NCBI RefSeq assembly: GCF_009914755.1
Contig: NC_060936.1
Direction: 5' to 3' (one strand)
Length of the DNA: 64,000 nt
From: the human T2T-CHM13v2.0 reference genome, Homo sapiens
Shown here: in pieces, positions 29,437 to 43,600 of the stretch
Position numbering within the stretch: position 1 is the stretch's first letter
Layout of the letters: every line of letters starts with the position of its first letter
Made by a program: the position numbers and the translations under genes
The notes under the pieces: generated by a model
The model's database searches: none
Told to the model about the DNA's origin: nothing
The model's input: only the letters and a program-made list of their open reading frames with translations

Positions 29437-29820
29437 TCTTCTTTTATTTTCTTTTTTTAATTTTCTTTTCTTTCTTTTCTTCTTTTCTTTTCCTTTTCTT
29501 TTTTCCTTCCTTCCTTTCTTTCTTTTTTCTTTCTTCTTTCTTTCTCTTTCTTCTTTCTTTTCTTTCTCTTTCTTTCTCTTTTTTCTTTCTTTCTCTTCCC
29601 TTTCTTTCTCTTTCTTTTTTTCCTTCCTTCCTTCCTGCCTGCCTGCCTTCCTTCCTTTTTCCTTCCTTCCTTCTTTCCTTCCCTCCCTTCGTTCCTTCCT
29701 TCCTTCCTTCCTTCTTTTTTCTTCTTTCCTTCCTCCCTTTCTTTCTTCCTTCCTAGCCTTCCTTCACTACCTTTCCTTCCTTCTACCTCCTCATACCCTG
29801 TCTTTTTCTTTCTCTTTCCT
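29437..29820. repeat. ~380-bp polypyrimidine (CTTT/CCTT)n low-complexity tract
   Basis: Directly visible. It explains the K/E/R-rich ORF 29457..29843. Confidence 0.95.
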
Positions 29821-30239
29821 GGAACCACTCTTTGGACGCTCATAGCAAAATGGAAGTAATCTTATTGAAAGAGTCAGTTTTCATTATCAAAATTGCTAGT
29901 AGCACACCTGCTTTATAGTGCAGATATCTGTGGATATTAACAAGAAGTCATGATGACTATATTAAATGTGGTAGTGCTGTGTCTCCTTGAGCTTTCCCCA
30001 CTGCCCTCTAGTATCCAAGTTACTCCTTCAGGTTTCTGAGGCACTCTGGCAGAACTCAAGTAGCAAAACATCCCTTTAATTCGACCTCCCCTGCCCTCCG
30101 CCACCATCACTCCAAATTAAGGAAAAGGAAGTAAATAAAAGCAAACATAAAATAAAAGTATAGTTTTGAATAATAGTTCCATACCTTTTGAATAATTGTT
30201 TTGAAAGTGAAAGACTAATCAAATAGTCTCCTTTGTTTA

Positions 30240-30970
30240 ACCACTCATTTATTGAGTTAGCTCATTCAGTCAATACAGAATGCCCAACTGTGTGTCTGGG
30301 ATCATCCTGTGTTCTGGGAACACAACTAGAAAGGAAGGGTCTCTGCTTTTAAGGAGCTTATGTACTTGGGAGAAGAAAGGTAATAAAAAAGTAAACAATA
30401 TAATTTCTTAAAAATAACGAGTGTTATGAAAAATCAATAGGATAAAAGATTGAAAGTGATGAGAGTATATGTTGTTTTATATTAGTATAAATGGTAGTAA
30501 GGGAAGTGACAAGTGACCACAGATCTGGAAGTATCTCAGGCAGAGAGAAGAGCTAATATAAATATCCTGAAGTAGGTAAGGGTTGTCATGTCAGTGGTAA
30601 GAGTTAAGTGCGGAGAGTTGGGCAAAGAAGTAATCCTGTACAGGCTCATTGTTTGTGTTGTTGTCCAAATATAATGGGAAGTTCTTGAATGGTTTAATCA
30701 TGGAGTAATATGATTCAATCTAGGTTTTATAAAGGAACTGAGACTGCTGAGTGACGCAATTGGGTAGAGAGAGAGAAAGAGAGTAGAATGGAAGCAGAAA
30801 AATCCCTTTGAATATTTCCCAGCCCAGGGGAGCGATTGCGGTGTTGAATTGGGTGGTAGCAGGAGAGATTATCAAAAAACAATATTGAGGACAAGTTTTG
30901 TATGGCACACTGATAGTACTTGTCAATGGATTATCAAAAATTTTTCCTAGATTTTCAATGAATGAATAAA
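30240..30970. mobile_element. Degraded L2 fragment
   Basis: cattcattt/attgag..., aaggagctta, ataatgggaag...atatgattc and L2-like 3' motifs. Confidence 0.5.
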
Positions 30971-33889
30971 TGCTGCTATATTATATAGGTAAGTAAGAAC
31001 CTGTTCATTATTACAACCCTGAAGCCATAAAAATAATATGTTCTCGTGGAAGAAAAAGGCTAAGCATACTAATACCAGTTAGCAGCAAACACATTTGGAA
31101 TCCAGGTATACTACTAGTACTTAAAAATTGACGAGAAAAAACTATTCCTCTTGTTTAACATTCAGGGTGTCCACAATCAGTACACTAAACTGTTTCCTGG
31201 TGATTTGAAAAGATGTGCTCCACTCACATTTTTATTATTCCTTTTTTTCATTCATTCAACAAATGTTTATTCACTGCCTACTATGATCCAAGTCCCAAGA
31301 AAGTAACATAAAGAAGCACATAGGCAGAGTTAAAATTTTTTCTGTTAAAATTCTGACAATATTGCTTCGTTTTCTTCTGAGGTTTAGTGCTGTGGAGTCT
31401 GAAGTAACTATCATTGTTTTGTTTTTTATTTGTACAGAGTATGTTTCATTCATGTTTATCCCCATTTATATTTGTGTGACTTTTTAAATTGATATTTATG
31501 TTCATTTTTGAAATTCAAATACTCTATCAGGTTTTATTATGTTTTTAATGCTTCATTGGCCCACTTTTAGCCTGAAAATTTAAACTTTCAACACAGAAAA
31601 TGGTTTTTTTCCCCCTGCTTTGCCTTTGATACTCTTTCTGCACTATTTAGATTAGTTTCTTTTTAAAGATCACCAATTATCCATAAGGTAGACTTCTCTT
31701 TTCACATTTACTTTTCATCATATTAGATTCTTTCATTTTTGTGTCTTTTCTTTGGCCTCCTAGTAGATAACCAATATCAGAAATGTTGCCCATTTGAATT
31801 ACTGTAGTGTTTATTCACCTCTGTACTGTTTCTGAAGCTATACATTTTTTTATTCTCATATCATATTTCATTTATTTAAACTCTGCCTACCATCCAGTTT
31901 TCTATTTTTTCTATCTCAATATCTCTTATTTCATATATACAATTTATTCAGCATTAACTTAGAATAGAAGATAGAGCTGTCAACATTTGTTTCCTAAAAA
32001 ATGATTTTCAAAAGAGGTCTTTCTTTCCACTCCTTCAGTGTTTCTCTTTATGTTACATAATCTTTTCATCAGATTGTAACTATTTTGAAAATGTTTTCTC
32101 ATCCTTGAGTGATTTCTATCCAGTCTGGTATTTTGCCCATAAACAAAAGTTTCAGGTTCTACTTGACATCCTTTCCTTTCTTCCAGCTTTTAAAGAATAA
32201 TCCTTTTAGATATTAAGTTGGAAAATTAAGTGGTGAGCAACATTTTGTATTTTTACAAGGGCTTTTTTGAATGTGAATCTGCTGAGCTAAAAGGAAGTTT
32301 CTAATTCCATTACCTGGTCATCTTATCTTGCCAGACACAGTAAAGAGTGAAATTTAACAAATAACTTAGAGATTCAAGAGCCTATCTGTGGTGCTTTCAG
32401 GAAACATGAAAACAAAAGCCTATGTAAGATATTCTTAAAATGAATTGCCTCTCTATTTCCAACTTCACATTGTTAAACATGAAATACTGTCTTCTATGCA
32501 ATTTTACATGAACTTCTTGAAGTTCTGATCCCAAAACTAGTGCCAAAAATAGTTTAATGGAGGCACAGTTTAGGGATTTTAAAATATTTTGTTACCCTAG
32601 AAATTAACTTTAGATAAACAGTGTTTTTGATCTCCTCATTTTGGCCAGCAAAGGATCAGTATTTGAGCAGTAAGATAATACAGTGGGAAGTATGCATGGA
32701 AGGCTCTTTAATTCTATCCCATGACTCCCCCATTTTATGAAAATTATTTTATGGCTTCTCCAATTCTTTTTCATACCTGAGTTTGGTTATGGGAATTCTT
32801 CCTGGAGTCTGGCAGGACATTTATCAATAATGTAGTTCATTCTGTTGCTGAAAACATGCAGCTTCTGGTAAAGAACCCACCAAATGTTTTCTCTGGAGAG
32901 CAGCTCCTCATCAGGGATTTCACTTTCTATCCCTGACTATCACAAAAGGAGGTGCCATGATTAATACTCACTAATGTAATGTGAGTGGAAGTGATGGCTG
33001 GCATTTCTAGATGAAGGTGTATGTGAGATGGGATTTCATTTTTCACACTCCCATCTGCCATTTGCCAGCTGAATGCCAGGATGCCAAGCATCTCAGGGAA
33101 GGTGGAGCCACAAGACAGAGGGAGTCTGGACCCCAGCATCACCACAGAAAAGCAAGTTGCATATCAATGAATATTCACATTGGACTCTTTATGAGCAAGA
33201 AATTAACTTTTATTGTATTAAATCGCCAGGGGGTAGATTTTTTCCCCTAAAACATCTACTGTCATCTTATAACTAGAACTGGTTTGTGTTTAGTTTCTTA
33301 TTAAGAAGGTGGAAAAAATCAAATCAGTTGTTTCTAACTTCCCAATGTTTCTCAAAAATAATTCAGAATGAGATGCAATAGGTAACTAGATGTGCTTCAG
33401 TTTCCCCACCATTTTGAGTTGCCTTTTCCTTCAACACACAAGAAACATAAATTGAGTACCTCATCCTGCATGATGGTGAAATTTTTGGGGAATTTCCTAT
33501 GTGTTTATAAAAAACCACATGAGATGGAATTTCAAGAATTACTTCATGTTGCTTGCACCTCACACCCTGAACTTCTTCATAAATCTTTTTTGGTCTTTCT
33601 GTAATAATGAGTCAACACCAAAGGATGAATTTCTTAGGGCTGTCCCACGCTTTACACTCACCCTTCTCTTCAATCCACAGAGCACAGATACTATTTGGAT
33701 TTAGGTATTAGGGAGACCATAACATGGAATAGGAAAATTTAACACAGATGCCATGTATCACGACTTATACAGCCCACTGGATATGTCCCTTCACAGCTGT
33801 TGACTCCTGGCTGTCTCTATCTTTACAACCTCTACTTTTGTCATGATGCCCATGTTGCTGGAGACAGATCTCATACGCAGCACTAACAT

Positions 33890-36490
33890 TTCCCATGTCT
33901 TGTCTTTTCTTATTTAAATCAATATACCATAACCTGAATACATTCAATGAGTTATGACAGATGTATATACTTGTAAAACTAATACTTTGTATAGAACCTT
34001 ACCATCATCACCTTAACTTTTCACTATCTCCTTTGCAGTTCATATCTCCCTTGACCCTCCTTTTATTACTAAGTACTGTTCTATTTTATGAATAAACTAC
34101 TTTGTAAAGTAATTTTATTCATCTGTGAATGGACATTTGAGTTGTTTCTAAGTTTCGGTTATTGCAAATAAAACTGCTATGAAGATTTATGTCCAAGTCA
34201 TCTTTGTGTGGACATGCGTTGTCTATGAAAAATACTTTTAAATGTAATAGCTGGGTCATATGGTAGGTGTACATTTAACTTATAGTAATTATCAAAAGTA
34301 ATGTTTTAAGTGCCTATAATATTATACCTTGTCACCAGCAATATATGAGAGTTCCAGTTGCTCCACATCATTTTCAAGACTTCGTATTAGGAGTTTTAAA
34401 TTTTAGCCATTTTCATAGGTACATAGTAATAACTTATTATGGTTTTAATTAACATTTCCCTGATAACTATTGGTATTGATTTTATGTGCTTTTTGAATAT
34501 TTGTATATTTTCTTTTTAAAGTTTTATTTATAATTTTTGTAGGTACATAGTAGTTGCATATATTTATGGGGTACATGAGCTGTTTTGAAATAGCCATGCC
34601 TATGAAATAAGCACATCATGAAGAATTGGGTATCCATCACCTCAAGCATTTATCCATGAAGTTGCAAACAATTTGATTATACTCTGTAAGTTATTTTAAA
34701 ATTTGCAGTTATTATTTACTATAGTCACCCTGTTGTGCTATCGTATAGTAGTACTTATTCATTCTTGCTAACTCTTTTGTTTTATACCCATTAACCATCC
34801 CTACCTGTTCCCCAGTCCCCCATTGACCTTCCCAGCCTCTGATGATCATCTTTGTACTCTCTATGTCCATGGGTTCAATTGTTTTGATTTTTAGATCCCA
34901 CATGAAGTGAGAACGTGCAATGTTTGTCTTTCTGTGCCTTTATTTCACTTAACATAATGATCTCCAGTTCCATCTATGTTGTTGCAAATGACTGGATCTC
35001 GTTATTTTTTATGGCTGAATAGTACTCCATTGTGTATATATACCACATTTTCTTTATCCATTCATCTGTTGATAGACACCTAGGTTGCTTCCAAATCTTA
35101 ACTCTTGTAAGCAGTGCTGCAACAAACGTAGGAGTGCAGATATCTCCTTGATATACTGAGTATATACCCAGCAGTAGGATTGCTGAATCATGTGGTAGCT
35201 AAATTGAATATTTATATATTCTCTTTCATGAAGTGGATATTCAATAATTTGCTCATTTTCTGAAAGCTGTTTGCTTGATCTTATTAAATTTTGAAATTGT
35301 GCAGACATACATATACACATGAACACGTACACATAGGCACTCTGGATAGAAATCCTTTGTTAAATATATGTAGTGTAAACATTTTCTCTCAGTCTGTAGC
35401 TCTCTTTCTTTGTTCTTGAGATGTCTTTTGAAGAGCAAAGATTTTTAATTTGATATGTTTTAATTTATTACTTTTTTCTATGATAGTTCATGCTTTTCAT
35501 ATGTTATCTAAAAAAACTCTGCCTATGTCAACCTTGCAAAGATTTTCTCCATTATTTTCTTCTAGAATTCTTTTTTAATTTTAGCTTTTAATTATACATA
35601 TGCATTTTGGGTTAATTTGTATATATAATATTAATATAAGGTAAAAGTCAATGTACATATCCCATACCAATATCCAGTTGTGTCAACACCACTTGCTGAA
35701 GAGATTTCCTTTCCTAATTGAATTGACTTGTTATTTTGTTGGAAATCATTAGATTGTTTTTGGGTGGGCTAATTTCATAACTGTTTTCCATTCAATTGAT
35801 CTTTATGTCTGTCATTTTGCCAATACCACTATATCTTCATGCAAAGACTTGAAAGTGAAAGTCCTCAATTTTTCCTTTTTATAAAGGGCATTGTATCCAT
35901 TAGATTGTTTGCATTTTCATAGAAACTTTAGAATCAGCTTATCAATTTCTATATAAAGGTTAATTAAAATTATGATTAGAATTGCAATAAATCTATATGT
36001 CAGTTATCAATACTGAATCTTTAAATGATGTATATGGTATATGTCTCAATTTAATTTCTTTAATTTCCATTAGGAATATTTTATATATTTTAATGTACGT
36101 ATCACACATATCTCTTAAGTTTATTCATGTGTCTTTTTTTGAATTTAAGATAAATTTTTTAATAAATTATTTTCCAGTTCTTTTCTATTAATAAATAAAA
36201 ATTAAACTGATTGCTATATACTAACACTGCATCATATGACTTTGCTAAATTCATTTATTAGTTTTAGTGGGTATTTTTTATTCATGTCTTTGTATTTTTG
36301 ATGAACATGTATATGTCATTTTCAAGTGAACATCATTTTATGTTTTCCTTTCCAATTTCCATGCTTTTTATTTGTTACTTTTTCCTACTGTACTATCTAG
36401 AACTTTCTATTCAAAGTTTAATAGAAATGGTGACCACAGCCATTCTTGCTTTTTCCTGATCTTAGGGGGAAAGCATTCTGTCTTTCACTA
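33890..36490 (-). mobile_element. Old L1M fragment with nested L1MA 3' end (about 34510-35205)
   Basis: Reverse-complement L1 3' motifs (atggctgaatagtactccattgtg, tttatggggtacatgag) within more diverged L1 sequence. Confidence 0.75.
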
Positions 36491-36644
36491 TTTACATACA
36501 GTATCTTAGTTAATGGCCCTAAATAACTTGAGTGGTAGGCACCTTATTATTGTTTCTCATTTTGATATGCTTAATGTCTCACAGCTTGTGAACACCAAAA
36601 CAAAGACTACCCTAGGTCAGGTTGACCACAGGCTTTTATTCTGT

Positions 36645-37855
36645 CTTTTTTTTAATCATTGTTTTTATAGATTTAGGTAGTTACATGGATACATTGCATA
36701 ATGGTGAGGTTTGGGCTGCTAGTGTGCCTGTAACCTGTAGAGTGAACGTTATACCCAACAGGTAATTTTTAAAACTTCACCCCTCTCTCATTCTCACCAC
36801 TTTTGGGGTCTCTACTACCTATTATTTCACCATGTGTGTCCATGTGTACTCATTGTTTAGCTCCCACTTCTAAGTGAGAACATGCATTATTTGATTTTCT
36901 GTTTCTAAGTTATTTTGTTTAGAATAATGGCCTTCAGCTCCATCCATGTTGCTGAAAAATACATGATATTATTCTTCTTTATGGTTGCATAGTATTCTAT
37001 GGTATATATCCACCATATTTTATTTATCCAATTATCCATTAATGGACACTTAGGTCAATTCTATGTCTTTGCTATTGTGAATAGTCTACAATAAACATAC
37101 AAGTGCAAGTGTCTTTTTGATATAATAATGAAGACTCGTCCTTTTAATTAACCCAGATGAAAATAAGGAAAAAAAATCAAAAAAATGAACAAAGACTTCT
37201 GGAAATATGAGATTATGTTAAGCATCCACACCTACAAGTTATAGGCATTCCTGGGGGAGAAGAAGAAAAAATAAAAGGCTTAGAAAATGTATATGATGGA
37301 AAATTTCAGGAAAACATCCCTCATATAGCTATAGAATTAGACATCCAGATACAAGAAGCTCAAGAAAACACCTGGAAGAGTCTCAGCAAGACAAATCTCA
37401 TCAAAGTATATGGTCATCAGACTACCCCGTCAATGTGAAGGAAAAAAAAATAAAAGCAGTTAGAGAGAAACATCTAATCATTTATAAAGAAAATCTCATC
37501 ACACTAACAATGAGCATCTCAGCAGAAACCTTACAAACCAATAGAGATTGGGGGCCTATTCTTAGCTTTCTGAAAGAAAAAATAATGCCAATCAAGCATC
37601 TTATATCCTGCCAAGCTGAGCTTCATAAATGAAGAAGAATTAAAGTTTTTCCTAGGCAAGCTGCTAAGGGAACGTGTCACCCCTAGACTGGTCCCAGAAG
37701 AAATGCTCAAAGAAGTTCTAAATATGGAAACAAGGGGCAATGCTTGCCATCATTAAAGCACATGAAAATATAGAACTTATAGATACTAAAAAGTGATTAC
37801 ACAATTGAGACTACAAAGCAACTAGGTAACACTGTGACAGGAGCAAAACCTTGTT
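36645..37855 (-). mobile_element. L1 (PB/MA age): antisense 3' end (36645-~37130) fused to a sense ORF1/inter-ORF segment (~37130-37850)
   Basis: L1 3' UTR reverse complement, then ORF1-like sequence (gacatccagatacaagaagctc, ctcagcagaaaccttacaa) ending near the ORF2 start. TSD-like ggct(t)ttattct at 36631-36642 and 37856-37866. Confidence 0.8.
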
Positions 37856-40129
37856 GGCTTTATTCTTAATGCCTGCTCTGCACTGCCTCAAGAGAAGCTG
37901 GATCAGAGCCTGCAGCTAAATTTCAGGCCTCCACCCAGGCTGCCTGCACCAGGCTTAGAGCCCCAGGCACATTGTCTCTCAGCTTTGAGACCTGCTCTGT
38001 GCTAGACAACAGCTGAAGCCCATTCCAGAGATCTCCTTTCCTGAGCCAGAGCTGCTTTTTATAACACTTTCATCTGGCAAGGATATGACTCTCTGTGCAT
38101 GGTGGGGGATGGAAGGCATAAATGGGAGACAGAGGGAGTAAGGGAGTCGAGGAGTAGAGGGCATGCCACAAAGAACATGGAGTCACTAGAAGAAATCTTT
38201 TTCTTCCCTAACTCTGTTAGTTCCTCAACTCTGTTTCCCCTGGCTAATGGATTAAGTCTATATCTAATCTCAGAGCACTAGTCACTTATTAATCAAATCC
38301 CTCTTAAATTACTTATTCTTTGTCTCTTTTTCTTATCATAAAATAACCCTATTGCACTGTTGATTGTGAAACAGCAATGAGATTATATCAGTGAATACAC
38401 TTGTAAACCAAAAGCTGCCATATAAGTGCATATAAGTAACGCTGCCATTGTTGTTATTATTGGTACTGAAAGAAACTCAGAGAATGGATACAAAACTGAA
38501 ATAAGTTTACTATTTCTGAGAGTCACAAAGGACCAAGATTAAGGTGCCCTAGAAATCTATGAAAAGATTGCTTTTACATTTTATTTCCTGATTTTCATCT
38601 TTTGCCAACTACATCTGAGACATTCTTTCTGGGAAAAGAATTTAAAAGTGGATGTTAGTGTCTGGGAAAAAAATGTAGGCTCTGTGAATATGACAGTAAT
38701 TTTTAAACGTGGACTAATTTGTACAGCCCATTCACGAGTAGTTTGAGTTTTTGAACTAACTTTCCCTTTCGAAAAACTACTAATCCTAGTACTACTAGCA
38801 TTTATCTTAGGTAGATATATCTCTGGTGTACTTATCAGTAGGAGTCACTGAAGCTAGGAAGGAATGATTTTTTTTTTAATCTATCAATCCAGATGGTGTG
38901 AAAGAAGAATCATCTTAATCAAAATAACAGCATCCAGAAACATCTGGTCCCATAAGCTTTGTTTATCATTTCCTGAACCTCAGTAAAAGCTTTGTCTTGT
39001 GATTTGTAGGTGGCCTGGTATTTCTTACAATGTTCCAGATGTTTTTCCTGAAGTCAGGACAGCCACAGGAAATTTGTTTAACATTATAATTTTTAATCGT
39101 GAATGGGTATGTAATACTTTTGACTTTCATTTCCTTTCAGAACCTTCTCAGATATTGTCTTTTTGTTCAATTTTCAAGTTTATTGAAATATATCACTTTC
39201 ACATTCCAAAGTTATCTACTAGAGGGAGGAAAATGCACTTTTTTTTTCTATTTTCTCTAGACCTAGCATAGTTCCTGTCATATTCTAAGTACTCAATAAA
39301 TATGTGAATTAGTGGAGTAAATGAATGAATGGTTAGATTAAAATTTTATTTTCTGTCATATAAACATGTTAAGATTGGAAGACAATAACCACACACACAC
39401 ACATACCTGGTTTTGTGGAAAGAGGGGGAAAAATAAATTACTTCAAGAAATTTTTTATATTTTTCACATATCTTTGTCAGACCAAGTGGCAATATGGGTG
39501 CTTTATAAAGTAGTCATCAATATAAACTTTTACAGAATTAGATGGAGTCATTTTATGCTGCAATTCCATGTAAAAATGGCCTTAGCTATAGAAGTTGTAT
39601 GTGTTTTCATGATTTTCTAGTTAAACATGCTGGTATAGTGCCTGAGGCTCAATGAGACCTCCTGCAGTTTCAGGAATATGCTTTCTTTATGCTATAAGAC
39701 TGTTTGTTTATAACTGTCAAACCACCAGCAAGTTATCAACTCACATTCAAAACAGGCACCAAGCCACACTTTTGTTAATGTGAATTCTTGAAGAAAACAG
39801 AAACTAGACTGTTTTTGTAAGTTTTAAACTCATAAGCCAAAACACAGGGATTTAAAAAAAAAAAAAAAAAAACAATGATTTCTTTCTCAAGAGGTTTTTT
39901 TCTTTCCTTGGTGGTGTTCAAGCAAGAACTGTTTTGGAAATGCTGACAGGATCATAGCAAAGGCATCCAGAGGGAAACATATAATATGTTTATTTATCTT
40001 AGAAACCACAGAACATTGCAAAAGGCCAAATTGGCCCTGTAAAATGTGTTGCTAACATGTACAGTATGATTGCTTAGTTTGGACAAAGTCAAGTCATTTC
40101 TGTGCTGATAAAGAAGGATCACAATCTAT

Positions 40130-41120
40130 ATTCCGGCATCTCTAGAATTTATGTCTACAGCTCAACCCTTTCCCTTGAGCTCCAAAATTCTAGATCTAAA
40201 TCCTCCTTGACACCTCCATATGGAAGTTGAATATGCATCTCAAAAAGAACAGATTCAAAACCAGATATTTGATTCTCAGTTCTTCCAGCTCAACCTCCCA
40301 GTCATTACCATCTCAGTAAATGGTGACTTCATCCTTCCAGTGGCCCAGGCCAAAATTCCTGAAGTCATCTCTGTTTCTTTTCTTTCTCTCTCATGCCCCA
40401 TCTGATCATTCAGCCATCCCTGGCCTCTCTACCATCAAAACAAACCCCATATTTTGATCCCTTCTCAACAATTTTTCTACTATTATCCAGGTCAAAGTCT
40501 TCATCATCTCTCACCTGATTATTGCACTAGCATCCGAAATATTCTCTCTTGGCCTATTCCTGTTACCTTACAGTCTATACACGCAAAGGGATCCTCTCAA
40601 AGACAGTTGAATCAAGTCACTCCTCTACCGAGACCCCTCTAATAGCTCTCTGTCTTACTCAGAGTAAAAGCTCATCTTTACAATGGCCTAAAAAGTCCTA
40701 CAGGATGCGATTGTCATTACCTTTCTGACCTTGTATCATATATTATCTCTTCTTGCTCACTTTACTCTGCTCACGTTTGTCCTCTCTGCTCTTGTTGGAA
40801 CGTGCCATGTATTTTCCAAATTCAGGGCCTCTTTTCTTGGCTTGCTCCCTTCAGTTCTTCATCTCCCTGCTCAAATGTCACTCCTGATAAGTCCTTTTTC
40901 CGACCATCCTATATAAAATAGCAAGTCTCACCCCCTTCACATCCCTTATTCCCCAGTTCTGCTTGACATTCCTCCACTTTAATTGTCATGTCCTGGAATG
41001 TCTCCTCCTGCTGCAACATCTGCTTCAGAGGGCAAGGCATTATGCACTGCTGTGTCTCTGCCACTAGAACACTGTCAAGCACACAGTAGGTTATTAATAA
41101 ATATTGGCTGAAAAAATGAA
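40130..41120. mobile_element. L2 fragment
   Basis: ccatctcagtaaatgg...ccagtggcccaggccaaaa...cacagtagg...aataaatatt L2 signature. Confidence 0.8.
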
Positions 41121-42359
41121 GTAATATGTGCTAGTAGATATATCTGATCAAGACAAAAAAGTTGGATTATTTTGACATTTTTGAGTGTATTTTAAAATTG
41201 ATTTGTGTTTCTATGCTTGTTCCTGATGGCCTGGAAGCATTCATTCAGCCCTCACAGTCACTGCAGAATGTGTGGCCTGGGAAGAGTCTCCTGATCTCCA
41301 ATGCCTAAGTGATTGATGGCAGTCATAATACTCAGGAGGCAACTCACCCAGTCCTTTTCTGGTTATCTTATACTGGGGTAGGGTGTGCATATGCCCTTTC
41401 TTTTGGCTCAAAATTGTTCAACTTCTTTGAAGGTTGTTTTAGTTTCCTGAATGCGTATGCTTGTATATGGTTTTAATAAGTTTAGTGTTCTCCCTTTCTT
41501 GATTTTACTTTGTTTTCCACTATTATACTTTGTGGTGTGAAATTGACAGTCTGTCACAGACCTGTGATTTGAAATAATTGTGACAGATGGTGTGCTTGAA
41601 TACATAAACAGATCCACTAGAAGGAATGTTTTAGCAATAAGTGTGGAAACTTAAAATTGAGCAGCAAAATCAAGAGTGAAATAACTGCAATGTCGACTCA
41701 GCAACCTCGAATGTCTGTGCTGCAGGAGAGTCTGAAGGACAGTGAAGTCTTGTGAAGAGTTGTTGTGTGTGTGAAGGGGCAGTCTTGGACTGGGACTGCC
41801 TGGAACATTGGATGAATGAGAAATGACTGTATAAAACATTTTTAGTTTACTTGAGGGATTAGGCAATTCTTCCTTCGTATAAAGATAAGATTATGATATC
41901 CTGCAGCTGCCTCTGCAATAAAATTGTGGAATAAACCAGTTTCTTGGAAAAGCATTATGGAGAACGGTAAAGGAATATAAAAAAGATAATAGTGATGATT
42001 CAGACAAATGAATGAGCAGAAGAAGAGGAGATCCAAGTTATGCCTAATTTATGTCATGAGAATTACATAGTAACATTTATTGCCAGATCAAAGTCTTTGA
42101 AGAAAAATGCTTTAAAAGATCATGAATACTGTGTTCTGGAAAATCTGTGTCACTTGAATAAACTAAGATGGCTGTACTGAAGACAGAAAGTGGTATGGCC
42201 TAGGCTAGCATAAATGTACAACAGAGGCCTTTCCAACCAGGAGGGGTCAGAGACAAATTTTTAAGTTTCCAACCTTTTATGTGAAGCACCCATAATCGAA
42301 CAACAGTTTTAATGAAAACAAAAAAATTAAACATTTAATAAGGAAAAAAGAAAGTGGAT

Positions 42360-42810
42360 ATTAATGATTAAGTTGTGTCTCCTCCCAGAAGATATGTTCA
42401 ATATCAAACCCCCAATACCTGTGAGTCTGACTTCATTTGGAAATAGAGTCTTTGCAGATATAATCAAGTTAAGATGGGTTCATACTAAATTAGGGTGAGC
42501 CTTAATCCAATATAACTCATGTTCATAGAAGAAGAAGAGAAAAGACACAAACACATGAGAGAGAAGGCCATGTGAGGGTGAAGATGGAGGCATAAATTAG
42601 AGTCACGCTGCCATAAGGCAAAGAACACCTAGATTTAACCAGAAACCTAGGAGGAGCAAGGAAAGGTCCTCTCCTAAAGGCTTTGGAAGGAATCTGACCC
42701 TGCTGACACCTTGATTTTGAATTTTTAGCCTCCAGAATTGTGAGAAAGTAAGTTTCTGTTGTTTTAAGCCACCCAGTTTTTGGTACTTTATTATAGCAGC
42801 TGTGAGTTCC
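42360..42810 (+). mobile_element. MLT1-type MaLR solo LTR
   Basis: tttggaaatagagtctttgcagat...ctgctgacaccttgattttg...ttttaagccacccagttt. Confidence 0.85.
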
Positions 42811-43269
42811 TTACAGAGGCCAATAAGCAGGAGACAAAAGACAGACATGGTACAATAGGAAACGAGAGGACTCTCTGCTGACTTATTTCTCCAAGTGTGG
42901 ACCAAGAAGCAGCAGCATTCCTGGAAGTTTGTTTGAAATGCAGAATCTCAGACCTCGATCCAGAACTGACACATAAGAATTTCCCTTGAAATGATTATAG
43001 CTCGAACTGTGTGCCTGTAATAACAATGGCAGTAGCAACACCATAGTTGAGCCCTTTCCATTTACTCTACTTTGATCTATAAGTTATATTCTACACTCGC
43101 TAACTGAATTCACACACCAATCCATAAGACATGTACAATTAATATTCCCATTTTATGGACAAGGAAATGAGTCACAGAAAGGTTAACTAGCTTCCCTTAG
43201 TCATGCAAATAGTAAGTGTCGAAGCCAAAGAAATCAGCTATATTTATCTTTATTTCAAAGGAAATAAAG

Positions 43270-43381
43270 ATACATATATATGTATATATGCAAAAAGATA
43301 TATATATAAATATATATATATAAAGATATATATGTGTGTATATATATAAAGATATATATGTGTGTGTATATATATAAATAT
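43270..43381. repeat. (TA)-rich imperfect repeat
   Basis: Directly visible. Confidence 0.9.
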
Positions 43382-43600
43382 GGGGGGAAGTTGTGTTGAC
43401 AAGAGTGCTGGAGAATCAGGCCTGTTTCTCATTTTGATACTGAACAAAATTAGAAGTAGCTTGACTACTGGAAAAGTGTGTTGGATCTGCCTTGCAGATA
43501 AGTGTCCAAAATGGTCTTCCCCTCTTTAGATTTCTACTTATTTCTCACCACACTTGTCAGTTAAGCAGCAGGATATCTGCAGGCTTTTCCCCATAAGAGA

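Noticed and set aside
29457-29843. 128-aa K/E/R/G-rich ORF
   Set aside because: Low-complexity repeat artefact.
38104-38161. Possible G-quadruplex
   Set aside because: The G-tracts are separated by loops of up to 14-15 nt, so it is a weak candidate.
21050-43175. Scattered TGA(C/G)TCA AP-1 motifs
   Set aside because: The density is compatible with chance in AT-rich DNA and there is no clear clustering.
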